From assembly GCF_006345805.1 (NCBI RefSeq), contig NW_021836931.1:1-22091 (forward strand): a stretch of 22,091 bases of DNA. The letters are read 5' to 3'. The notes below the pieces were generated by a model, which was not told where the DNA came from, ran no database searches, and saw only the letters and a program-made list of their open reading frames with translations. The position numbers and the translations under genes are program-made. Of the stretch, positions 10,172 to 20,099 are shown one piece after another. Source of the DNA: Octopus sinensis. Lineage: Eukaryota. The stretch's first letter is position 1. Every line of letters begins with the position of its first letter.

Positions 10172-10229
10172 GTATATATGTATATATATATATTATGTAT
10201 ATATGTAGCTATATGTATATATATATGTA

Positions 10230-10265
<36 letters not shown>

Positions 10266-10365
10266 TATATACATATATATTTGTATATATATATATGTAC
10301 ATATATATATGTATATATAATATGTATATATATATATGTACATATATATATATGTATATGTATGT
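9979..10365. repeat. Compound (TA)n microsatellite
   Basis: Direct inspection. Confidence 0.95.
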
Positions 10366-10579
10366 GTGAAGCGGCTGACCTCCCTTGTTCGAAGGTTATA
10401 ATGGATACAGATCGTGTATCAATAGCTATCTTAAGGCGGTGGTCTCATGGAGCTGACCAGCGGCAGCTATTATTCTTATATCTATAAGAATGCCATATTA
10501 ATATGGCGATAACAATTAATTTCCAGTAAACGCTGTCGTAATCTCTTTTATAGAGACTTAGTAATTTTAATATTTCTAT
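10366..10579. other. Unclassified ~210-bp hairpin-rich island between two (TA)n arrays (possible small non-autonomous element)
   Basis: Several adjacent short inverted repeats (see findings); no coding potential or family recognised. Confidence 0.35.
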
Positions 10580-10753
10580 TATGTATATATATGTATATGT
10601 ATATATATGTATATATATATATATGTACATATATATATATATATGTACATATATATATATATATATATGTATGTATATATATATATGTATTAATATATGT
10701 GTATATATATGTGTATATAATGTGTTAATATATATGTGTATATATATTATGTG

Positions 10754-10785
<32 letters not shown>

Positions 10786-10794
10786 TATATAATG

Positions 10795-10834
<40 letters not shown>

Positions 10835-10942
10835 TATGTAATATATATATTATATTATGTATATATTGTATATATTATATATATATATGTATATATATAT
10901 ATATGTACATATATATATGTATATATATATATGTATATATAT
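10580..10942. repeat. Compound (TA)n microsatellite
   Basis: Direct inspection. Confidence 0.95.
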
Positions 10943-13900
10943 ATCATCATCATCATCGTTTAACGTCCGTTCTCCATGCTAGCATGGGTTGGACGGTTCG
11001 ACCGGGGTTCTGGGAAGCCAGAAGGCTGCACCAGGCTCCAGTCTAATCTGGCAATGTTTCTACAGCTGGATGCCCTTCCTAACGCCAACCACTCCGTGAG
11101 TGTAGTGGGTGCTTTTTACGTGCCACCTGCACAGGTGCCAGGCGAGGCTGGCAACGGCCACGGTCAGATTGGTGTATTTTATGTGCCACCGCACGGAAGC
11201 AGTCGAGGCGGTGCTGGCATCGGCCACGAGTCGGATAGTGCTTTTTACGTACCACCAGACCAGGGATCCTGGCTGGTTCAATTCGATTTCGATTTCGCTT
11301 GCCCCAACATGTCTTCACAAGCAAAGGGGGTTGGCATGGTGCCTGTCGTACGGTCGCATTGGAGTATTTTACGTCCATGGCCACGAGTCGGATAGTGCTT
11401 TTTACGTACCACCAGGCCAGGGATCCTGGCTGGTTCAATTCGGTTTCGCTTGCCCCAACATGTCTTCGCAAGCATGGGGTTGGCATGGGTGTCTGTCGTC
11501 GGATGAGGTTCTATATCGACTTCGCTTGCCTCAACCGGTCTTTGTGTCCAAGGGAGGAAAGGCATTCATAAGTGGGCTGGGCTCACTTGTCCTGCCTGGT
11601 CTTCTCACGTACAGAATATTTCCAAAGGTCTCGTCTCTGGTCATTTCCTCAGTGAGGCCTAAAGTTCGAAGGTTGTGCTTCACCACCTCGTCCCAGGTTT
11701 TCCTGGGTCTACCTCTTCCACGGGTTCCCTCAACTGCTAGGGATTGGCACTTTCTCACACACCTATCTTCATCCATTCTCGCCACATGACCATACCAGCG
11801 CAATCGTCTCTCTTGCACACCACAACTGATGCTTCTTAGGTACAACATTTCTCTCAAGGTGCTAACGCTCTGTCGAGTATGTACACTGACATTACACATC
11901 CATCGGAGCATACTGGCTTCATTCCTCACGAGCTTACGCATGTCCTCAGCAGTCACGCCCATGTTTCGCTGCCATGTAGCATGGCTGTTCGTACACACGC
12001 ATCATACAGTCTGCCTTTTACTCTGAGCGAGAGGCCTTTAGTCACCAGCAGAGGTAAGAGCTCCCTAAACTTTGCCCAGGCTATTCTTATTCTAGCAGTT
12101 ACACTTTCAGCGCACCCACCCCCACTACTGACTTGGTCACCTAGATAACGGAAGCTATCAACTACTTCTAGTTTTTCCCCCTGGAAAGTGACGGAAGTTG
12201 TTTTCTGCAGATTTTCGGAGGTTAATGCTCCCGAGCATCTGCCACATACAAAAACTATCTTCCCAGTTAGCCTACCTTTGACATTGCTGCACCTCTTATG
12301 TGTCCATAGCTTACACTGGGTACATCTTATAGAGTTTCTACCTACACCTTTTCTACAGATCGAGCAGGGCCATCTTCCTGAAGATATTTGTGGATTGTCT
12401 ACCTTTCTACTTATTAGTACTTTGGTTTTAGCTAGGTTGACTCTAAGGCCCCTTGATTCTAAACCCTCCTTCCACACCTGGAACTTCTCCTCCAGTTCTG
12501 ATAGTGACTCAGCAATTAGAGCAAGGTCGTCAGCGTAGAGGAGCTCCCAGGGACAGCCTGTCTTGAATTCCTCCGTAATTGCCTGGAGTACTATGATAAA
12601 TAGGAGGGGGCTGAGTACTGAACCCTGGTGGACCCCAACCTCTACTTTGAATTCTTCTGTGTACATGTTGCCAACCCTAACCTTACTTACGGCATCTCTG
12701 TACATGGCTTGCACAGTCCTCACCAGCCATTCATCTATCCCTAGTTTCCTCATTGACCACCAGATAAGGGATCGGGGGACCCTATCAAAAGCTTTCTCCA
12801 TGTCAACGAAAGCCAGGTACAGGGGCTTATCTTTGGCTAGGTATTTCTCCTGCAGCTGCCTTACCAGGAATATAGCATCAGTGGTACTTTTCCCTGGCAC
12901 GAACCCAAACTGCATCTCATCTAAACTAACTCTCTCTCTAATTAGTTGGGCTATGACCCTCTCCGTAACCTTCATTACTTGATCCAACAGCTTGATACCT
13001 CTGTAATTATTTGTATCTAGGGCATCACCTTTACCTTTGTAGCAGTTGACTAGTATGCTGCTGCACCAGTCATTGGGTATGACTCCTTCGTGTATCACCT
13101 GGTTGACTATACGGGTGACTAGGTTATAGCCGACACTGCCAGATATTTTGAGCATCTCTGCAGTAATTTCTGATGGGCCTGGGGCTTTCCCTGTCTTCAT
13201 GCTTCTAATTGCCTTAGCTACCACGGAACTATCAACTCGGATAGCTGGTCCCTCTGTAGGGTCAACATTCGGCAGACTCTCTTTATCCCATTCATTTTCC
13301 TCATCCAGCAACCTTTCATAGTGGCGTCTCCAAGCTTCTCTCTTTGCATCCTCATTTAGCGCAAGTGAACCATCCTCCATGCGAACACATTTCTCTCCTA
13401 CCACATCACGATTCTCTCTCACAACTGTCTTGCAACACGAAATACCTCAAGTCTTTCATCCTCATGGCGCAGGACATTGGCAAATTTTCTCTTATCTGCT
13501 TCCCCTCTGGCTAGATAGACCTGTCTCCTAGCTTCCCTTCTGGCAGTCTGATCCCTTCCCTGCTACCACCGTTCTTCCAGGCCTTCAAGCCTGTTTCTTT
13601 TGTCTAATAGCCCTGTCAACAATATTGTTCCACCACCACGTTATTTTGGGTCTTAAGGGGACTTTGCACCAGCCACAGATCTGGTCAGCGGCTTTCAGCA
13701 GGTTGTCCCTCAGAAACGTCCAGTTGTCTTCTACCCCATGTGTAGCTATACCCCCTTCCACTTCGTCAAAGGCTTCAAGTAACATATCTCTAAATCTCTG
13801 TCCATTCGCAGGGTCTTTAAGCTTCCAGACCCTTCTTCTCCATGTTGGTCGTCTTCTAGTCGCCCTCTTAGTCCTGATCCTAAAGTCACTAACTACCAGT

Positions 13901-14453
13901 CTATGTTGTGGGGTGCATTCTTCGCCTGGGAAGGTTTTGGCATTTATAAGCAGCCATCTTTCCCTTTTTCTGGCAAGGATGTAGTCGATTTGGCTAGTAT
14001 GCCGGCCCGATGGTAGGTGACCAGGTGGCTTGTTGGTTTCCTGAAGTTAGTGTTGCAGACCATAAGACTATTCGCATCGCAGAACTCCAGCAGCCTGGTT
14101 CCCTCCTCGTTGCGGGAACCATAACCGTAGCCTCCATGTACGCCATGGAAGCCCCCAGCATGTCGTCCAACATGCCCATTGAAATCACCAGCCACAAAGA
14201 GAAGGTCCCTGTCGTTCGTCAATGAGGTGGTCTGCAGTAGGGTGTCATAGAAACTGTCTTTCTGTCCATCGGGTAGCCCTGGCTGAGGGGCATAGGCCGA
14301 TATAATGGTTGCTAATCTATTATGAAGCACTATTCTAATCTTAAGTATTCTGTCACTTACTCTGATTACCTCAATTACTCTATCTATCCATTTCTCAGCG
14401 ATAAGTATACCCACGCCACCAACCCCGTCAGTGTTCCCTGCCCAGAAAATCCC
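10943..14453 (-). mobile_element. RTE-clade LINE, copy 1: 5'-truncated within APE, with complete 3' UTR and (GAT)n tail
   Basis: The 3' end reads ...ccaacccatgctagcatggagaacggacgttaaacgatgatgatgat on minus; the RTE-type 3' motif ggatgcccttcctaacgccaacc is present; (TA)n on both sides. Confidence 0.93.
11583..14453 (-). pseudogene. RTE ORF (partial APE, RT with inserted PHD-type finger), few frameshifts
   Basis: [39 protein letters not shown] (APE); NYRGIKLL, QFGFVPGKSTTDAIF, FVDMEKAFDRVPR, GVHQGSVLSPLLF, LLYADD, FRYLG, RRLRWYGHVARM, RGRPRKTW. ORF 11953-13422 is open for 489 aa; stop at 11583-11585. Confidence 0.95.
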
Positions 14454-14569
14454 ATATATATACATATATATATGTACATATATATATGTACATATATATA
14501 TGTATATATATATATATGTACATATATATATGTACATATATATATATGTATACATATATATATGTATAT
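14454..14569. repeat. (TA)n microsatellite with TGTACA interruptions
   Basis: Direct inspection. Confidence 0.95.
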
Positions 14570-14861
14570 GGAGGCGCAATGGCCCAGTGGTTGGGGCAGC
14601 GGACTCGCGGTCGTAAGATCTCTGTTTCGATTCCCATACCGGGCGTTGTGAGTGTTTATTGAGCGAAAACACCTTAAAGCTCGAAGAGGCTCCGGCAGGA
14701 GCTGGTGATCCCTGGTGTACTGTTTCTCTCACTCTTTCTTCTATTGGCCTGCTCGCTTAGCCAGCGGGGTGGCGTCATTCAAAGGCTAAAACAATGCGAA
14801 CGCATTGTGACCAGCGATGTGTAACAACATCTGATGGTCTGTTCGTCACGTGATCACGTGA
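14570..14861 (+). mobile_element. tRNA-derived SINE (~290 bp)
   Basis: A box tggcccagtgg (14580-14590) and B box gtttcgattcc (14624-14634) at tRNA-like spacing; unrelated body; ends in tcacgtgatcacgtga; microsatellites on both sides. Confidence 0.85.
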
Positions 14862-14863
14862 TA

Positions 14864-14912
<49 letters not shown>

Positions 14913-15202
14913 ATATATATATATGTGTGTGTGTGTATATATATATATGTGTGTGTGTGTATATATATATATGTGTGTGTGTGTATATATATATATGTGT
15001 GTGTGTGTATATATATATATGTGTGTGTGTATATATATATATATATGTGTGTGTATATATGTATATATATATATGTGTATATATATATATGTGTATATAT
15101 ACATATGTGTATATATATATATGTGTATATATACATATGTGTATATATATATGTGTATATACATATATGTATATATACATATATGTATATATACATATAT
15201 AT
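14862..15202. repeat. Compound (GT)n(AT)n microsatellite with ~22-24-nt higher-order unit
   Basis: gtgtgtgtgtatatatatatat-type units are reiterated over 14895-15050. Confidence 0.95.
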
Positions 15203-16653
15203 ATCATCATCGTTTAACATCTGTTTTCCATGCTAGCATGGGTTGGACGGTTCAACTGGGGGCTGGGAAGCCAGAAGGCTGCGCCAGGCCCAATCTGATC
15301 TGGCAGTGTTTCTACGGCTTGATGCCCTTCCTAATGCCAACCACTCCGTGAGTGTAGTGGGTGCTTTTTATGTGCCACCTGCACAGGTGCCAGACAAGGC
15401 TGCCAAACGGCCACGATCGGATGGTGCTTTTTACGTGCCACCGACACGGGGGCCAGATGAGGCTGGCAACGGCCACAATCGGATAGTGCATTTTATGTGC
15501 CATCGGCACTGGTATCGCAGCTACAATTTCAATTGATGTTGATCGATTTTGATTTTGATTTGATTTTCATTTTCACTTACCTCAACAGGTCTTCACAAGT
15601 AGGGTTTGTGTCACAAGAAGGAAAGGTATGCATAAGTGGGCTCGCTATATCCCTGGTAGAGGCCATGGGTTATGGTCTCACCTGTCCTGCCGGGTCTTCA
15701 CACGCACAGCATACTTCCAAAGGTCTCGGTCTCTGGTCATTTCCTCGGTGAGACCTAATGTTCGAAGGTCGTGCTTCACCACCTCGTCCCAGGTTTTCCT
15801 GGGTTTACCTCTTCCACAGGTTCCCTCAACCACTAGGGTGTGGCACTTTTTCACACAACTATCTTCATCCATTCTCGCTACGTGACCATACGAGCGCAAA
15901 CGTCTCTCTTGCACACCACAACTGATGCTTCTTAGGTCCAACTTTTCTCTCAAAGTACTTACACTCTGTCGAGTATGAACACTGACATTACACATCCATC
16001 GGAGCATACTGGCTTCATTTCTTGCGAGCTTATGCATGTCCTCAGCAATCACGGCCCAAGTTTCACTGCCATGTAGCATGGCTGTTCGTTCACATGCGTC
16101 ATACACTCTGCCTTTTATTCTGAGTGAGAGGCCTTTTGTCACCAGCAGAGGTAAGAGCCCTCTGAACTTTGCCCAGGCTATTCTTACTCTAGCAGTTACA
16201 CTTTCAACACACCCACCCCCCGCTACTGACTTGGTCACCTAAGTAACGGAAGCTATTAACAATTTCTAGTTTTTCTCCCTGGAATGTGGCGGAAGTTGGT
16301 CTTTGAGCATTTTCAGTGTTTATTGCTCCTGAGCATCTGCCACATATAAAAACTATCTTCCTAGTTAGCCTTCCTTTGACATTGCTGCACCTCTTATGTG
16401 TCCATAGCTTACACTGGGTGCATCTTATAGAGTTTCTACCTACGCCTTTTCTACGGATCGTGCAGGGCCATCTACCTGAAGGTGTTTGTGATTTGCCTGC
16501 CTTCCTACATATTAGGACTTTGGTTTTAGCTAGGTTGATTTTAAGGCCCTTCGATTCTAATCCTTGTCTCCACACTTGAAACTTTGCCTCTAGTTCTGAT
16601 AGTGACTCAGCAATTAGAGCAAGGTCATCAGCATAGAGGAGCTCCCAGGGGCA
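15203..16653 (-). mobile_element. RTE-clade LINE, copy 2: 5'-truncated at CPWELLYADD, with 3' UTR and (GAT)n tail
   Basis: ORFs 16204-16575 and 15678-16238 are collinear with copy 1; same 3' terminus. Confidence 0.93.
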
Positions 16654-17864
16654 TATATAATTATTATTTGAGGTAGTATAAATCCAAACTTACAGGGAAC
16701 AAAATTCAATTTAGAAATACTAAATCAAGTTTCACACAATATAATATATATGTAAAAAATTAGAAAAAAACCACCTTTTATCAATTCAAAATGAATAATT
16801 AAATTACACCATCAAGAAAATTACAAATATTAGAAATATTAAAATTAAAATCAGAAATATTAAATTTCTAAATATCTCATTGAGATATGTGCGGTGGTGG
16901 AGCGATAGAGTGGTTGTTTACTGTCAACTTAACGTGACAGTCCTGTAAAGGGAATTACACCACCACTATTTAGCCCTAGTAAGCATCAACGCTTCCTGTC
17001 AGCCTTGACACATTTCCTGTGTCCTTATATATTTACGAAGGGGAGACAAACACTCCCAACAGCTAGAAGCCTGCATCTAGAGACATGCATGTTTCTGGGT
17101 CTTGCCCATCATCAGTCTAGAGTAGCAAGGCTTGCTAGCTGAAGATATTTGTCTAGACTTCGTAAATATATATATTTTCAGTGAAGTTAAGGACACAGGA
17201 AATGTGTCATGGCTGACAGGAAGCGTTGATGCTTCCTAGGGCTAAATAGCGGTGGTGTAATTCCCTTTACAGGACTGTCACGTTAAGTTGACAGTATACA
17301 ATCACTCTATCACTCCACCACTGCACATATCTCTATGAGATATTTAGAAATTTAATATTTCTGATTTTGGTGATCAGTGAATAAACGTCTCTAGATGCAG
17401 GCCTAGCTGTTGGGGGTGTCTGTCTCCCCTTTGTAAATATATAAGGACACAGGAAATGTGTCAAGGCCGACAGGAAGCGTCGATGCTTCCTAGGGCTAAA
17501 TAGCAATGGTGTAATTCCCTTTACGGGACTGTCGCGTTAAATTAAAATTAAAATAACTATAAAATGTCAATGATTAAGTAAGTTGCAAAAAAATAATATT
17601 AACGTATATACCATTTATATACGTTTTTATTATTTTTTTGCAATTTACTTAATCATTGACATTTTATTGTTATTTTCATTTTAATTTTTCTAATATATGT
17701 AATTTTCTTGATGGTGTAATTTAATTGTTCATTTTGAATTGATAAAAGGTGTTTTTTTTCTAATTTTTTAGATATATATTGTGTGAAATTTGATTTAGTA
17801 TTTCTAAATTGAATTTTTTTACCTGTAAGTTTGGATTTATATTCCCTCAAATGATAATTATATA
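16654..17864. mobile_element. Non-coding nested fold-back element with ~195-bp terminal inverted repeats and an internal hammerhead ribozyme (probably Penelope-derived, non-autonomous)
   Basis: TIRs 16654-16851 / ~17672-17864; inner IR 16847-17027 / 17188-17368; third partial copy 17387-17540; ~70-bp hairpin 17541-17686. Penelope affinity is inferred from the ribozyme type. Confidence 0.8.
17076..17121 (-). ncRNA. Minimal type I hammerhead ribozyme
   Basis: The minus strand reads UCUAGA-CUGAUGA-UGGG(CAAGA)CCCA-GAAAC-AUGCAU-GUC-UCUAGA. All core nucleotides are present, with a 6-bp stem I, a 4-bp stem II and a minimal stem III with a palindromic loop. Predicted cut between 17082 and 17081. Confidence 0.88.

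Positions 17865-17910
<46 letters not shown>
17865..17910. repeat. (TA)n microsatellite
   Basis: Direct inspection. Confidence 0.95.
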
Positions 17911-17915
<5 letters not shown>

Positions 17916-18194
17916 ATTTAAATTTAAAATAAGGGTGAAAAATTGAATATTAATTTGATTAATATGAATTTAAAACAGTGGTGTAGCATATAAGACCATA
18001 GTGGATCTTCTAGCATATTGGATGTCCAGCTTTAATAGTTTCAGTATTAAAGTGAAAGTATGTGACATTACAATAGAGAGATGTTTTTGTTTCACTTTTG
18101 ACATGTAATACTGGAGAAGATATGATATTGATGTGGGCTCACACTAGGCAAAAAGTAAAAAAAATTGTGCCCATGACACTACATGGACCCTAAG

Positions 18195-18297
18195 TAAGGC
18201 ATGTGTAAAATTTGAATGAAATTGGTTGTGTAGTTCTCAAGTTTTAGTAATTCACACAGACAGACAGGCACATATTCTCAGTTTTATATATATAGAT
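18195..18297 (+). mobile_element. Possible 3' terminus of a non-autonomous Helitron/Helentron-like repeat
   Basis: aaatttgaatgaaattggttg...cacacagacagacagg...ttctcagttttatatatatagat resembles the (CAGA)n + ttatatatatagat ends I recall for invertebrate Helitron-like non-autonomous repeats; the 5' end was not found. Confidence 0.35.
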
Positions 18298-19790
18298 ACA
18301 CGCACATGAATATGCATGCACATTTGTGCCAAGGCATGGAGACAAACTATAGTTGCTGGATTGGAAAGGAATAAGGTATGGCTCAAACTGAGAAAGGGTT
18401 AGAGAAAATGTGTAAAACAAATACTAGGAGTTAACTAGAAGAAAAAATAAAAGTTCATGGGACAAGGGACTATTATAGGTGTACAGGAGTAAGAAAACTA
18501 GTCAGAATAAAATGGGTGAAGAATAAGAGAAGAAAAAATATTTTTGGATGTCATAAGAGTAATACCATGAAAGAAAATAACATGTTTCTCCTTAGGTTTG
18601 TGGGTTTGAATATGTAGGATGTAAGGCAACACCACACACTGAAGAAGGTAATGTGTGGAGTGGTCTGATGAATTGAATTGTTTGGAGATAACATGAGCAT
18701 TATTGTTGACATCTAGATGTCCTTGCTTCACCTGTAAGCAGCTCATTGAAAACAATAAAGTATCACCTGGTTATCAATAGCACTACAAAGTACCTTCTGT
18801 TTTACCTTGTCAAATGAGGTACTATACATAGATTCTGCTATTCTGACTGCATTTTGACCTTACTTAAAAGTATTTAATGATTTGAAAGTAATCTTTGTTT
18901 CCTTTCTTTAAAATGTGTAATATTTCATACAAACCTGTGCAAAATTCCATGATTTCTTTGATGTTTTGAAGTGTTTCTAATTTATAGTTACCTTTTTAGA
19001 ATTTTTCTTTATCTTTATTTGTGTATCATGAAGATTTAACTTCATTTGTGAGGGAGTAGATCATAGAAACTTTGCCAATATGGCTGATTAAAAAAAGATG
19101 TCAACTGTTACTATGTTTTGTTTTAGTTGGATATATATGTTTTCTATAAGATATATGTAACATGTATGTTTCTTATGATGTATATGTTTTCTATACATGA
19201 TAATATCCTCTGTTCATCTTTTGAATCTGAGGGAGCAAATTTATCAACTTTGTAAGTAATTGGTGAATTGCAAGGGAAATTCTAATAAGATCTCATTGAA
19301 AGAAAGGAAGAAGTTACCATTGCTTTGGTATCTTTCCAGCAGTCCAAGCCACCTGGTATGCATGCCTTGGGGATTTATGATTATTTTAACTTTGTTGATT
19401 ATCATGAAATAGTGATGCTAAAAAGTGTGTATGGTCTGTTAAATATACAACTCTTTTTTACCATATTTCTGTTGAAATATATTGCCTTTATTTCAATTAA
19501 TTTTGAAAGTAACAAAGAACTTAATAAAATTTATCATTATTAAGTTGGTGTTTGGAACATAAAATAACATTAAATTTTGGAGTGTTTTAATTTAAATCAC
19601 TTTTAGTGGCAAGTTTATACCATAGAACCTACAACAGTCTTAGGTGGTTTGATATCAGATTAAATGTTACTTACTAATATAGGAATAAGAATTTTATTGT
19701 ATATAAGATAGTCAGCAATCTACAACTCAGACTCCCAAATATAAAATCAACACTTTATCCTAATAAAGCATTTCGTATCAATATTTTCAG

Positions 19791-19838
19791 ATGCATGTTT
19801 ACGCTGTCAGTCAGAAAATAAACAAGATGACTGTGTTG
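19791..19838 (+). CDS. RNF7: Internal coding exon (48 nt, phase 1-1) of RING-box protein 2 (RBX2/SAG/ROC2), the RING subunit of cullin-5 E3 ligases
   Basis: Acceptor atattttcAG at 19781-19790 and donor GTAAGT at 19839-19844. With a phase-1 G it translates DACLRCQSENKQDDCV, versus recalled human RBX2 DACLRCQAENKQEDCV (14/16 identical). The flanking exons were not found in the window. Confidence 0.92.
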
Positions 19839-20099
19839 GTAAGTATGCTTTGAAATATCAAAGAATATTAACATTCAAAATTACTAGTTTTTAAGGTAAT
19901 GTTAAAATTTAAGAACATTATCATATGGTGGAAATGGTAGTACCAAACAAAATGCCTGTGGCATAGTTATATTTCTTTACATATTGATTTCAAATTCCAT
20001 TTGGATCAACTAGGATCAGGGGATTGGTTTAGCCAGGTGAATCCTTGTACCAGATATTAGAAAAACTTATGATCCCAAAATTTCCTTAGCATAGAATAT

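Noticed and set aside
11109-11500. Repeat-spacer-like pattern superficially resembling a CRISPR array
   Set aside because: Eukaryotic RTE 3' UTR; the repeats are degenerate, the spacers are related to each other, and there are no cas genes.
5258-11500. Identical 157-nt period in the LINE B leader duplication and the RTE 3' UTR duplication
   Set aside because: Unrelated sequences with only two instances; most likely coincidence.
11060-11789. Several overlapping 70-226-aa ORFs in the RTE 3' region
   Set aside because: Products of the GC-richer repeated 3' UTR modules and antisense frames of the RTE ORF.
14570-14645. Possible tRNA gene
   Set aside because: No proper acceptor stem or Pol III terminator after the tRNA-like part; it continues into a SINE body.
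17138-17180. Second hammerhead from CTGAAGA on the + strand, and CTGATGA at ~18664
   Set aside because: No stem II followed by GAAA and no stem III or cleavage triplet in either case.
18498-18755. 85-aa minus-strand ORF containing an SDH tripeptide (APE-like?)
   Set aside because: No other endonuclease motifs recognisable.
19339-19356. Possible 13-16-nt micro-exon (tttcCAG|cagtccaagccacctg|GTATGC)
   Set aside because: Weak donor, frame-disrupting, and no place for it in the conserved RBX2 sequence.
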